A stretch of DNA of 64,000 bases, taken from the NCBI GenBank assembly GCA_964016885.1, contig OZ024741.1, positions 366,110,001-366,174,000 of the forward strand, written 5' to 3'. The notes beneath the pieces are model-generated. The model worked only from the letters and a program-made list of their open reading frames with translations. It made no database searches and was not told where the DNA came from. A program made the translations under genes and the position numbers. Positions within the stretch are counted from its first letter, which is position 1. Every line of letters begins with the position of its first letter. Positions 1-13,362 of the stretch are shown one piece after another. Source of the DNA: Eledone cirrhosa (taxonomy: Eukaryota).

Positions 1-680
1 ATCTAGGTGTTTTGCCTGCATCCCTATCTCTTTTGTGAATCAGGTATTTCGTGTTAATCTCCAGTTCTTGGATTGCAAAAGCGTATCCTTCAAAGTGGGA
101 GCCAATATAGCGGTTGTTGGTCCAATATAGACTACTTTCCTTATCTATATTACTCTCACTCTGAGAGTAATATAGATAAGGAATTTTTTGCTGATATGTT
201 TTTCATCCATGGATTCACTGCGATACTGCTGAGCGACTTCTCTGGGTGTGAGATTTTGATTATCACACAGGGAATATCTCTCGAGGAGTTACTTCCCAAC
301 TCTCATGATCTTATCTGTTTCATGCAGCGAGAAACGGGTTCCTACGCTTTGAGGTTCGTAGATGTTGTCGGAGAGCTATGATGCGACATTCAAATGTTGT
401 CTGGACTGATGTTAGGCCTCTGCCTCCCTGCTTACGTTTCAAGTAAAGGCGGTCTATGTCACTGTTGATGTGAAAGTTTCCGGTGTTGTTTAGTATTTTT
501 GAGTTCCAACATCAACTGCTCGGATTTCGTTTATCGTCCAATTGAGTATTCCAAACGTTGGTGTTAGGACAGGCACAGCAAACACATTGTGAGCTACTGT
601 TTCGTTTTGCGCAGAGAGTTCCGATAACCAGATCTTTCTTAATCGGGTGTAGTATTCCCTGGGTACCCTTTCTTTATTAC
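1..680 (-). mobile_element. Decayed R4/Dong-like non-LTR retrotransposon fragment (region C-terminal to RT); runs off the left edge
   Basis: Manual minus-strand translation gives ...FAVPVLTPTFGILNWTINEIRAVD... NFHINSDIDRLYLKRKQGGRGL... FEGYAFAIQELEINTKY. This parallels SDVDRLYLRRSEGGRGL of the element at 46.9-49.1 kb. Frameshifts are present. Confidence 0.75.
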
Positions 681-702
681 AGTATGTATGTATGTATGTA
701 TG

Positions 703-733
<31 letters not shown>

Positions 734-2852
734 GAATCTATGAAGTAAGAATTTATGTATGTTCTTCTGGTTTGATCATTTTATAAATTTTTACCAATGA
801 TAATTTTATAAATTTTTACCAATAGAGAGAGTTGGTTTCTAACATGAATACAAGATTCTCTCATTGGAATTTAAACATGCATCCATGTGTGTGCAGGTAT
901 GGATGTTTTTGTATGTGTGGATGTGGATGTTTTTACTTATATATGTGCATGTTCATATGCTCTTTATCTGTACATGTGTACATGGAGTTATTAGATACAG
1001 AATTTTTGGAATGTTTTAAACATTTCTATGCATGTATGTATGTATGTTTTTGTGGGTCAAGAGATTCTAATCTTTATTAAGATATCTCTGGGAGAAGGTC
1101 ACTCTGATATAAAACCCTCAATGATGTAGACCAGTTCTTTTTGGATAAATGTATTCGATGTTCAGAGAGTGGTGTTTGTCCCGTGCAAAGCCTTTCCTGC
1201 ACCATCTTCTGTAATCTGACGAGCGATTGCAATACTCCTAGCAGACTTTGCAGCCATGATGTATGTATATATGTTTGTGCGTATGTATGTATGTATATGT
1301 GTATAAGTCATATAGTTGTATGCACTGTAAATAAACCATAAATTGGAGCCATCATCGCCCTCGCTTGTCGTTTTCAACAATAATAATTGTTCTAATTTTC
1401 TGATCAACCGAAATATCTAATAATTGTGTTACAGTGAATGTGACGGTATATTCTACAGACAGATGTATTCTTCACATAATCCTCATTTGTTGTTTTATTT
1501 ATAAGAACGGGATTACATTATTAAAATATCATTTTCGTTCTTAAAAGTATCACGTGTGATTTCTGAGAGATGCAACTGTTATGTCTATCATGTCAATGAT
1601 TTTATTTTGAGGGAGATTTGGTTGCTATTTCCTGCTGTGCAAAAACCAGGTAAAATCTACTCCCTATTTTGTTGGTTTAGGTTCATATTAAACTATATAA
1701 CAACTTTTTTTTTTAGATATTTTTGTACAGAATAAATTCAATTTATGTATGGCGCAATGATAAGTGTAGCTTTTCTTATTCTTTCGAGAAACAGCAACTT
1801 TTGACAGTTCGGTGTTAAACTTTCTATTGATTTAAAGATCAGAATTTTCTCCATTAAACAATAAAGGTTATTTCTCATGTTGTTCTATATTTTTAGATAT
1901 TTTCATACTTTTGGTATTTTAGAGGTCTTGTTCACTTAAAATGTATTCACAGCTTTGGCTCCTTCTGTATTTTAATCGATACTTAGTAATTCTGAAGCTA
2001 GACATATTCACAAATATTTATATCGATTGAACCTCATTATTTTATTATTTCTTTACATATAATGGGCGCAGCATGGCTGGATGGTTACGAAGTTGGCTTA
2101 AAATCATAAGGTGACGGTTTGATCCCACTTTTTTGTATCGTGGGGGAGTGTTATTTATCATCGATTCGAGTAGACCCAAGACTTATGAGCAAATGTGTGT
2201 CGATGTCTGTCAGGTGGACTGTGCCTGTAATTCAAAGAATCAGAATTATCACGCACTGTTTCAGGCTAAATTTATATTAACTGTACATTTGTCTGTGCAA
2301 TGATCTGAGGGATTATAATTTCAAAAGCAGGCTATTCTGTAGGTCGAACAACAAGAGCACTCATCGTCGAAACCGATTTAGTTTCATTCGATACTATTCA
2401 ATTACTTTATATTTATCAAGCTTCTAACGTTCAATGAGTTAAATCTTTTCTTAGGTTTCAATGCCATTAAGCGATTGAGGAAAAAGAAACCTTCATTTAG
2501 GTTAGGGATTCTAATAATCCGAAACATTATAATCATATTTAAAATAACTCACCCTAAATATTCAAACTCTGTATATTTCCTTATTGAAAATGTGCAACGT
2601 AAATGAAATAGTCGATAAGATATGTTATTAAACAGGCAGATTATGGGTCGTGAGACCGAATGTATTGCAAGGGCTTTGGTTTTTTATTTTTTAGCCATGA
2701 GCAAGAGGACCACATATGACCATTTATTTTTCAGGGGTTCACTAAAGGGATCCTAATATCGAGTGTTAGTGTTAAACAGGGTGAAGGCTAAATTGTGTCA
2801 CTCACGTGAACCACAGAAGGATTTGAGCTCAGAATGCATAACCCGAAATAAA

Positions 2853-3243
2853 TAATTGTTTCTACTTTTGGCACATGGCCAGCATTTAACCCAGTGCATT
2901 ACTGGTACTTTATTTTATCGACCCCGTAAGGATGAAAGGCAAAGTTAACCTCGGCGGGATTTGAACTCAGAATGGCAAGGGCCGTAACTTTATGCGTCAA
3001 AGCATGGCGTGCGACCCTCTACCGATACTGCCAATCCACCGCCCTCATGCCGAAATAAATAATTGTCTCTACTTTAGGCACAAGGCCAGCAAATACCCAG
3101 TGCATTACTGGTACTTTATTTTATCGACCCCGTAAGGATGAAAGGCAAAGTCAACCTCGGAGGGATTTGAACTCAGATCGTAAAGGGACGTAACTATGCT
3201 GGAAAGCATGGTGTCCGACCCTCTACTGATACTGCCAATCCAC
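2853..3243 (-). mobile_element. Two tandem copies of the tRNA-derived SINE (family A)
   Basis: Minus strand reads GGCGGTGGATTGGCAGTATCGGTAGAG (A-box-like), GAGTTCAAATCCC (B box), then GCCTTTCATCCTTACGGGGTCGATAAAATAAAGTACCAG. CCGAAATAAATAAT occurs before, between and after the two copies (target-site duplication). Confidence 0.9.
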
Positions 3244-3884
3244 ATGCCGAAATAAATAATGCGATGCATTTCGTTTGACGCTCTAATGATTCTGCCAATT
3301 ATACGCACGTTATTTGATACTAGCCCCCGGGAGATAAGTACAAGAAAGTTTTGAAAAATTCCCTGTGGTAAAATACCACACTCACTATGAGAAAATTAAT
3401 CCAGTACCTTTTGAAAGATAGGGAATGTGGAATTAAGGATAAATTATATGGACCCCTGAGGCTGTGAAAATTACTGTTAAAGTTATAAAAAAAAGGTGTC
3501 TATATGTGATTATTACATTCATCATAAACATATGAGTCAGTGTGTGCATGTGTGAGTTTTTCCTGTAATGTACTTCGATTGAGAAAAAAAATGAAGACAA
3601 CGTATATCAATACCTGTCTTTTTTCCCCTCATAATAATTACGCCATTTTCTCAATAGAAATCATTGATTTAATACATAAATAAATATATAAATATACACA
3701 TATTTTGCTCTGGGTATTTTTTATGACTAATGATGAATTATTGGCAGTCAATAGTTCAACTTCATTATATCCTCTTCAGTACTTGCTATACAAATTACAT
3801 ATATTCTAGAAATCATTTTATATCTCGCTTTCTCTTTTTTTTTTTACTCTTTCCTGATTACTTTCTTTACCATTTCTTTTCACG

Positions 3885-3915
<31 letters not shown>

Positions 3916-4914
3916 GCATTATATCTCTAATTTTCTATATATGTGACTTGTCTTTCCTTACAGTCCTTTCTTTTGTCTCCAGTTGCTTGCTTAATTTCGG
4001 TTATGCGCAATTTCGTTTAGTTAATCAGTATTCCCGCGGCTCAGATGTCATTTATGAAATTCATTAAGAACTTTAGTAAATTCTAGAACGACATATCAGA
4101 CGAACAAATTACGACTCATAAGTAATCTTGTACTACTTAGTTAATGTAGTAAAATGAAGGGTAGTGACCCGTAGAAAAACGTATACTTATTCGTAAGTAG
4201 AATCAGTGAATTGTTATTTTATAATATCCTGTTATGTGAAGAAGGCGGCGAAGTGGCTGTTAGTTGAACGTCTCATAGAGTTTTTACGGTATTTACTTCA
4301 GCTCTCTGCGCTGTGAATTCAAGTCCGGGTGAGGTCAACTTTGCTTAAGATTTTTTCTACGTCGATACATAACATATTAGTTCAATACTTGGGTCGATAC
4401 GTCCGTTATATCTCATTCTCACGACTTTTTCTTTCTTTTCTTGGAAGTAATCGGGGGGGGGGTCCAGCCTGGACAGAGATGCATTATGTCAGGTTTAAAT
4501 AACCAAATATGTAACAACATCACCTCTATCATAGTTAAGTTCTCATCGGTATATTATGTGAAGGAGAAAATAAGACGTCTAGTGAGAGCTCTTTCTATCG
4601 ACTGAAACTAGGTACCACTGTTGATAGCTGTTGAAATTATATTTACGCCACTAATACCCTTACGAAAAGCATAAACATCGCCACGTCCCGTCCACAACCG
4701 TTCACCATCCATATAAATTTGTGCCCTAGCAGCAGAATAAATGATCAAAAAGTGAAATATAACCGCTATTCACATAGGTGAATGTTAGATTATAAAATTA
4801 CACGATTGTAGCAAATGTTATTCACTTTTGGGTACTATTTCCTCAATCATGAAGGATAAACCGTTTCTGTGGTTTCTTCTTGTCTTCTTGTTGTATGATA
4901 TATTCGCAATAGCT

Positions 4915-5210
4915 TGATAGAGAAATCGAGATTGGTGAGCCAGAATAAGGAATCATTTGTAGTGTTATGTATTGCCTCCAGACCGCCGGGAAGATGTCTG
5001 GGAAGACAACCCCAACCAACTTGCAGCAGTGTCGTGTCAGTTTCCCCACTGTCACATACTGGGCTGTCTTTCATTTTTCTATCGATGGAGATCATGGGCT
5101 GTTCTGGCATGTGTTGTGCAGATTCGATTAAAGGACACTCATTGCTTTTTAGGAAGGTCAACGCCGGCTGGTTTAGATGTGGGTTCCTGGACGAGGTCTT
5201 GATTGGAAAT
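4915..5210 (-). mobile_element. Decayed 3' end of an RTE-X-like LINE ORF
   Basis: Joining two frames gives PAGVDLPKKQ*VSFNRICTTHARTAHDLHR*KMKDSPVCDSGE...GCLPRHLPGGLEAIHNTTNDSLFWLTNLDFSI. This resembles the LNRxRTG...SPxCxCG C-terminus typical of RTE-X-like LINEs. Confidence 0.6.
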
Positions 5211-6414
5211 TGTTTTCATAATTTAGTTTATATAAAAACGGAAAATATATCAATAAAGATCAACTAAAAGGGATGTTATAACTTTACTACGCCTCACAGA
5301 CAAGATGATGGATGCTTTGTGGCAAAGAAACGACAGCAACACTCACTGCATCGGCCATTTCCTCCTTCTGTGAGCGTGTTATCTTCATCCCAATTTGAAG
5401 TGTAGATAAAGTGCACAAGGATCGTGGGCACCAGAGGTCTACTTATGTAATTAGCTTGCATTTGTATAATTTTTTGCCCAATATTTGATTGTATCAGAAA
5501 TCGATCTGTCATCGATTGAACTAAAATTTAGAATTGCGTACATACTAGTTTTTAAAATCCATCTGAAGTTTTCTTTCCGATAGAGTTTCGATTTTAGTTT
5601 GGATAGTTATTGTAGAAATGGTGATGCAGATTTTGATGCAGATCTAACATTTTTCTTTTCCTGTAATAATTCGTTTTTGTTTTTCTTTTACATTAAGTTC
5701 ACTGAGTTGGTTTAAGAATTCAAGTTAGGCGATGAATGATTGAAATAGATGTTGTCAGGAGAGGAGTTGTAATAAATAGCTACAAAATCTTCTGCGATGT
5801 AATCTGCACAAAATATGTAATATGGAGATAAGGAAAAAATAATCTATTAGAGTTAACATAATTAAGAACTATAATAAATTCAACTGATATATTTTTAGTG
5901 TATAAATCCTGAAACCTAAAATGCATGTGATGAGTTTGATAAGTTCAGTTGCCACCGGGAGGAACATAAAATAAAATCTAATGTTTCGAGCCTATTATTA
6001 TTTACTAAAGGATTATAAAAAATAACGAAAGAGTGCAGATTATGGGATAGGACCAAAGAAACGATATTTTCAATCGTCTTTCCATTTCTGATACTATCTA
6101 CTGGTCACAATTCCTCACAGAAAGGAGTGGGATTTCAACACAGAACGTATACAGCTCGATCAGATATTGCAATGCATCTCAGCCAATGTTTTAGCAATTC
6201 AGCGAATCATTCGCTACTCAGATATAGTAGTTATCGACCCCAAAAGACTGAAGATGAAGATGAACTCGGTAGGATTTAACTTAGAGTGTAGAGAACCAGA
6301 CCAAATACTGAAGTATTTCTTCCGACATATTAACAACACTGCTACTTCACCACCAAAAATGTAAGCAAGGGAATAGTTTGGTATATCATGGGCTATAAAA
6401 TAAATTATAATATA

Positions 6415-6606
6415 TAATTGTTTCTATATTTGGCACAATGCCAGCAATTATCCCAGTACCTTACTAGTACTTTATTTTATCGACCCCGTAAGGATGAAAG
6501 GCAAAGTTAACCTCGGTGGGATTTGAACTCTGACCGTAAGGGAACGTAACTCTATGCTGCAAAGCATGGTGTCCGACCCTCTACTGATACTGCCAATCTA
6601 CCGCCA
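6415..6606 (-). mobile_element. SINE family A
   Basis: Same sequence as the 2853-3044 copy; flanked by ATTATAATATATAAT duplication. Confidence 0.9.
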
Positions 6607-7669
6607 TTTAATTATAATATATAATGTGTGTAAAATATAGCAATGTTAAAGATCCTACTCATTTGTCTCACATAGGACACATCAGAGATAATTGGTAGAT
6701 CCTCCGTTAGTTTCAATAATAAGTATTCAGTTGCCTCATCCACGGGTTATTCTGCTCTTGAATTAGCATGGCAGTGTTTGGGTATTCCACAGACATGTGT
6801 ACCGTTAACGTAGTTTTGAAGCTGATTCAGTATGGTTCGGTATGTGACGAAGCCAGACATTTGAATTACAGGTACAATCCATCTCATGGGTTTCCTTAAT
6901 GTGGTATTGAACTCAGAACCCCATGCTTGAGAAGCGAACTTCTTAACAGTTTACTGGCTATACAATGCTTCCAATGCAGCCACTAATTCTCCCGACTACC
7001 ATGCTACAAAAAATCCGTTTGGTTCCTTTTAAGAAGATACTTTACCAATTTTGATTAACCTTCCATCTATTTCTCAAATATGGTGATTGTGTAGGAAGTA
7101 ATCTTCCCATTTGCTGCCCAACCTGTAAACTGCAACACATAAAAAGGCTCTCTCCACACTACTCAGGCCTTTCCAACTCACTCGAAGTGCCTGTGAATAC
7201 ATTATACACAACTCTTTTCTCTTGATTAAGTCATAAAATAGGATGGCTATAAAATACTCTAAGTATAAATGAATGTATATCGAAATTATATATCAAATAT
7301 TCTGTTTTCCTTAAGCTTCATAATTTGCTTACATAGTAACATTATATTATATTCTATGAGTAAAAACATGTTTAATCTAATCATACTTGTTTTTGTGTTG
7401 TAGAGAAACAATTTTATTACCGTTGATCATTTTACCGTTGGTCATTTGACGCAAAACTAATTAGAATGTTAATAGCATTGACTATCAACAACTTCAAACA
7501 ATAAAATAACACGAAGGTTCATACAAAATTTAATAAAAAAAAAGTCTCGCGTGATTCATAGGAGACGTGATTATCTAGATTTAATTAATGAAGAAATTAC
7601 ATTATCTTACATATTTAGAAAGTAAATATTGTGTTGTGATAAATGAAGTTAAAGACAAATAAACAACTT

Positions 7670-7737
<68 letters not shown>

Positions 7738-8519
7738 CGGATGTTAACCATTGGCCTCGTAGTATATATTATAAGCCTATCATGATTAGAATTATATAAA
7801 CCTTAGCAAATGTTATCATTATTACATAAAAATATAATGATATGGTGCAATGCTAGAAAGGTTTTGTGATTACATAATCTTAATGCTTACTTATAGAAAC
7901 ACATAAACGGGTAAAATGTAAACAGAGATAAATTGACACATGACTGGTTTGCTCCATTATATGATTTGCTATTTGCTATTGTTTTCCATTGAGGCACAGT
8001 TTTGATGTTAAAACAACTAGCTGGTTACTTCTGTCGCAAACATAACGTTAATAGTATTGAGAAATGTAATTAAGCTGTTGATTAGTAAACATTGTAAGAT
8101 GATAGGTACGCTCGTTTAGGCAAAATGATGTGGTCACTGTAGGTTTAAAATATAAAACATTGCTGTCTAAGAGGATAATTACCACAGAGATTGATCGTAG
8201 CATAATAATAGTGAATGAAATATTTGTATTATCAGAATGTAGCTTGCAGCCATAATATGAAAGATGTGATTTGTGAATGATCCGTTTTCACAGTATGACA
8301 AATGTTCTCTCAAATTCTGTTAGAAACTAGTGCTTAAACAAACAGATTCACAAAGGTGCTGTAAGTAGAGTGATTATACATTGGAGTTAGAAAATAAAAT
8401 AAATAGAAAAGGAAGTTATTTACACGTATACACGTATACACGATCAAGTTATTTGCACATATGCACAGCCAATACGCTTAAACATACACAATTATGTATA
8501 TATATATGTGTATGTGTGT

Positions 8520-8805
8520 GGGGGGCACGTGGCCTAGGGGAAAGGGTGTTGGACTTACGATCATAAGGTCTTGTGTTCGATCCCTGTTTTGCGCGTTGTG
8601 TTCCTGAGCAAAACACTTCATTCTACGATGCTACAGTATGCTCAGCTGGAAATGAGTACCAGCGATAGCTGGGCATTTAACCTAGCGATGGACTAGCGTC
8701 CTGTCCAGGAGGGGGGAGTCTTGTACTCTCAGTCGATTCACGCCATGAAACCGGGATAAGCACCGACCAAAAGAGCCTTCTGGCTTAAGACAGACTTTAG
8801 ACTTA
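8520..8805 (+). mobile_element. tRNA-derived SINE with Meta/MESC-like central domain
   Basis: A box TGGCCTAGGGG and B box GTTCGATCC, followed by GCGATGGACTAGCGTCCTGTCCAGGAGGGGGGAG...GAAACCGGGATAAGC. Domain name is from recollection of Meta-type SINEs. Confidence 0.7.
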
Positions 8806-9277
8806 TATATATATATATAACATAATCTATTACATAAATGTAAATATGGGTTATATCGAATAATAATAATATTTGATTCATTTGCAAGCAAACGGCCTCA
8901 CTGTACTATGTTTTGTTTTTGATGACTTACGTCATCTGTTTGTTCATCGAGGAACATCGAGTAGCATCGAGGAACAGCAACCATATTTCTTGGTCATTTC
9001 CTTTCATCAGGACTGTATGCTTCTCTGCTACTCGATTGAACTGTTGAAGAAATATATATTTCTTAAAGTATACATCGGCTGATTAACCTCATTTGCATAA
9101 CGAGCGATTTTACGGATGGTCAAGCCGAAAAATTAGAACAAAATTAGATATATAATATAGATATATTTATGCATATGTGTGTTTCTTTGTGTGTGCATGG
9201 GTTATGTGTGTGTGTGCGTAAGTGTTTGTGGAGGCAACATATATTTATATGTATGTAGGAATGAATATGTACATATG

Positions 9278-9317
<40 letters not shown>

Positions 9318-9322
9318 ATATC

Positions 9323-9386
<64 letters not shown>

Positions 9387-9427
9387 TGCAGATATAACAT
9401 ATATGTATGAATATATATGTATATATG

Positions 9428-9551
<124 letters not shown>

Positions 9552-9560
9552 CGTACGTAC

Positions 9561-9616
<56 letters not shown>

Positions 9617-9657
9617 ATATATATTATTATTATGTAATAAACAACATAAGGCAATTA

Positions 9658-9717
9658 TTCCATTTACCAGTGGTTTCTTAAAAGCAAAAGGTTTTGCTTT
9701 CAATCCTCAGAATGAAA
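9658..9717 (-). ncRNA. Type I hammerhead ribozyme in PLE1 pLTR
   Basis: Minus strand: tttcatt-CTGAGGA-ttgaaagcaaaa/cc/ttttgcttttaa-GAAA-ccactgg-TA-aatggaa. Stems I, II and III pair; cleavage triplet is GUA. Confidence 0.85.
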
Positions 9718-10919
9718 AATCCTGGTTTGTTTATTGAATATGGATTCTAAAAACAAAAATGCAATCTATATGAAAGTGAGGCTGGAAAAGGGAGAAGGAA
9801 AGGAAAAATAAAATAAAATAAAACTACACATGCAAACACACACAAAAAAAACACATACTTACACACACACACATATATACACATATAATTTGCACGCATA
9901 CACATATACACATACACACATATATATATATATATATATATAAAATATTAAACAAATAATGAACAAACAATTCCTTATATTAAACAAAAAAAGTTCACTA
10001 TTTAACGATCGTTTCTAGGGCATATATGTGTTATAATTGGTATGCATATTTAACAGATCTATGTACAAAATTATACAAAATTATACAAATTATCAAGATT
10101 AAATATACATACCTAACACATATATACGCCGTCTTCAGAAATAATGAAGTATATTTATTGATAATAACAACAATTCAAAATATCAGTTCAAAATTGACCA
10201 ATGAAAACACAAAGGGTTAAAAAGCAGTTTGGTGTGTGTATATACATGTAAAACACTACACACATTTTACAATAATGTGTGTATAATATGTATGTGCATA
10301 CTAAAAAGATGGATGCAAATAAAAAATTTCAAGGTTAATATCTCTGTAAGCTTAATGCGCTGATAAGAAACGCAATGATACTTATGTAGTCAAGCATATA
10401 AATATATTTTTTTCATACTCACACATATCAGTATAATCACACATACATGTGCGTATATATATAAAAAATATACACATAACCACGAACACACAAACACACA
10501 CACACCCCCCACTCACATTTATATATGTGGATATAAAATCATAAGCAAATAGAAATTAAGTCACTCACATAAACACACTGGTACACACATTTCAAGATCA
10601 AGATACAGAAATTAGGTGGGAGGGGGGGGGAGGGGTCAGTATTAGGTTGTCAGACAGACAGCCTAATATAAATGTATCTATAAATTATGAAAAATAAAAA
10701 AATAAAAACAATAAAATATATTACATATAATATAATGTACATACGCATACAGATATACATACACATACGTACATGTACGCGCACATAGAGATATCTACAC
10801 ATACATACATACACACATACCTATACTGTCATACACACACATACATTTACACGAACATACACATACACATATAAAAAGATAAAAATACGGACACACACAC
10901 GCGCAACACATACACACAT

Positions 10920-10960
<41 letters not shown>

Positions 10961-11075
10961 TATACACACACACACATAGACTCATATATATATACATACA
11001 CATACATATACTTATACATAAACATATATATCCCACACTCATACCACCATGAAAACACATACAAACATCCAGATG

Positions 11076-11117
<42 letters not shown>

Positions 11118-11214
11118 AACATACACACACGTACACATATATGCATATATACATACATATATACACACATACACATATATATATATATACACACACACAT
11201 AAAATACAGACATG

Positions 11215-11245
<31 letters not shown>

Positions 11246-11341
11246 TTCATTACCCTTATATATACACATAGTATATATACATACACAACCTCACTTATAC
11301 ACATATACACATAAGTTATATTACAATAATAATAAAGAATA

Positions 11342-11372
<31 letters not shown>

Positions 11373-11511
11373 TATACACACATATACACATATACATACA
11401 TACACATACATATACATACATACATACACATACATACATACACCTAAATATAAACATATATAAATACACACATACGAATAAAGACATATATTCACACATA
11501 GACACCTATAT

Positions 11512-11553
<42 letters not shown>

Positions 11554-11644
11554 ATCTATATACACACACATACACATACATACACATATATATATATATA
11601 CACATATATACACACGCACACACATACAGACACACATACACACT

Positions 11645-11681
<37 letters not shown>

Positions 11682-13362
11682 GAGTGTGCGCAAATACATA
11701 CATACACATACACACACACATACAAACACACACAAACACATACATATGCATACATGCACACACACACACATATATCACATAGATACGAAGATAAACATAT
11801 AAATAGAGAGACATACAAATATATACAGAACCCATATACACATACATGCAAACACGCATATACATATATACATATATACACACATATATATTCCTATATA
11901 CAAGCATACACATACGCACACATATATACATATACCTACACATATATATACCACACATTCACATACACGTACATATATAATACATATATATACATACATA
12001 TACATACATATGTATGTACAATCATATATACACACTCAATCTTACATTCATATTTACATGCTCATATATGTATTTTTATATCTAGAAATAAATACCAAAA
12101 AAACTATATAGACACCCATCTACCCAAATTCATACATATACACTTACAAAAACAGATGATAATAGTATGGGGGAAAGGGGGGGGTTTGGAGAAGGGGATC
12201 AAAGTAAATATATGTTTCAAGAAACCTATAATATTTTCCATATCTTAATTCAATGTATGTTCTTACATATTTTCAATGCTAGGAAATACGAAATCTATGC
12301 ATCACAAAATAAAAAAGTATACCATTAATCATATGTCAACTAAACCAAAGATAGTCAACATATTGATTTCCAAGGTGTAAATTAGTTAGGTTTATAATAT
12401 TTGAAGCAGAATTATGAAGTCAAACAGTAGTAGATTATTAATTACATTATAACTAAATTAAAGTTAATAATAGGGAAAAGAAACCCAAATAAAAATAAAA
12501 TAAAGTATTACATCGGTAGTAGCATATAAATTATATGTTAACTAAGTTAAAAATTATATATTTATTTCAATAGTATATGTTAATTAGTATATGTTAATTA
12601 GGTATACAATACATAAAGCAGATATTGTATTTCATCAATAGCATAATATAATTATATGCAAATAAAAATCAAAATTAATACGCATACACATACATATACA
12701 TACACATACAAATACATATACATATACATACACATATATATATATATATATACATATATATACACACATACATACATATATAGTCACATAAATATACATA
12801 CAGATACACATACAATACACACATATACATATACATATAGATATACATATCCTTTCCAAAAAATTTGCACAGAATATATTAACTAGGTATATATCCAAAA
12901 ACACCTCCCATTCTATGATTACATGAAATTCTGCAGTTCGTCTGTACAAGGATACTAATTTTAAGCAAATTAAAATTAAAATTAAAGTTTTAGGTTGATT
13001 AGAGCTAAAACCAAATAATAAATATATTTCCAAAATGTATATTAATTAGGTCAATAATACTAAAAATTCTTTCTCCGTCATAGGATACATGATATTATTT
13101 TGTTATATTTTATCTGTAAAAGAATTATAATAAAAAAAATTTTATAATAAAAGGTTAAACTAAATTAAAAAATTATAATAAAAGGTTAAAATAAGTTAAA
13201 ATTAATCTATAAATTAAATTACTGAATATATATTAGTAATATTTAAAGGTTTTTCAAAATTAATGATTACATAATATTTTCTCGTCTGTAATAAAATATT
13301 AATTAAATTAAATTTATAGGTTAACTAACATTTAAATTAAATTAAATTCTAGAATAATGTTA

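Noticed and set aside
2853-3044. tRNA gene calls for A/B-box sequences
   Set aside because: These are SINE heads continuing into a shared body and tail, with target-site duplications.
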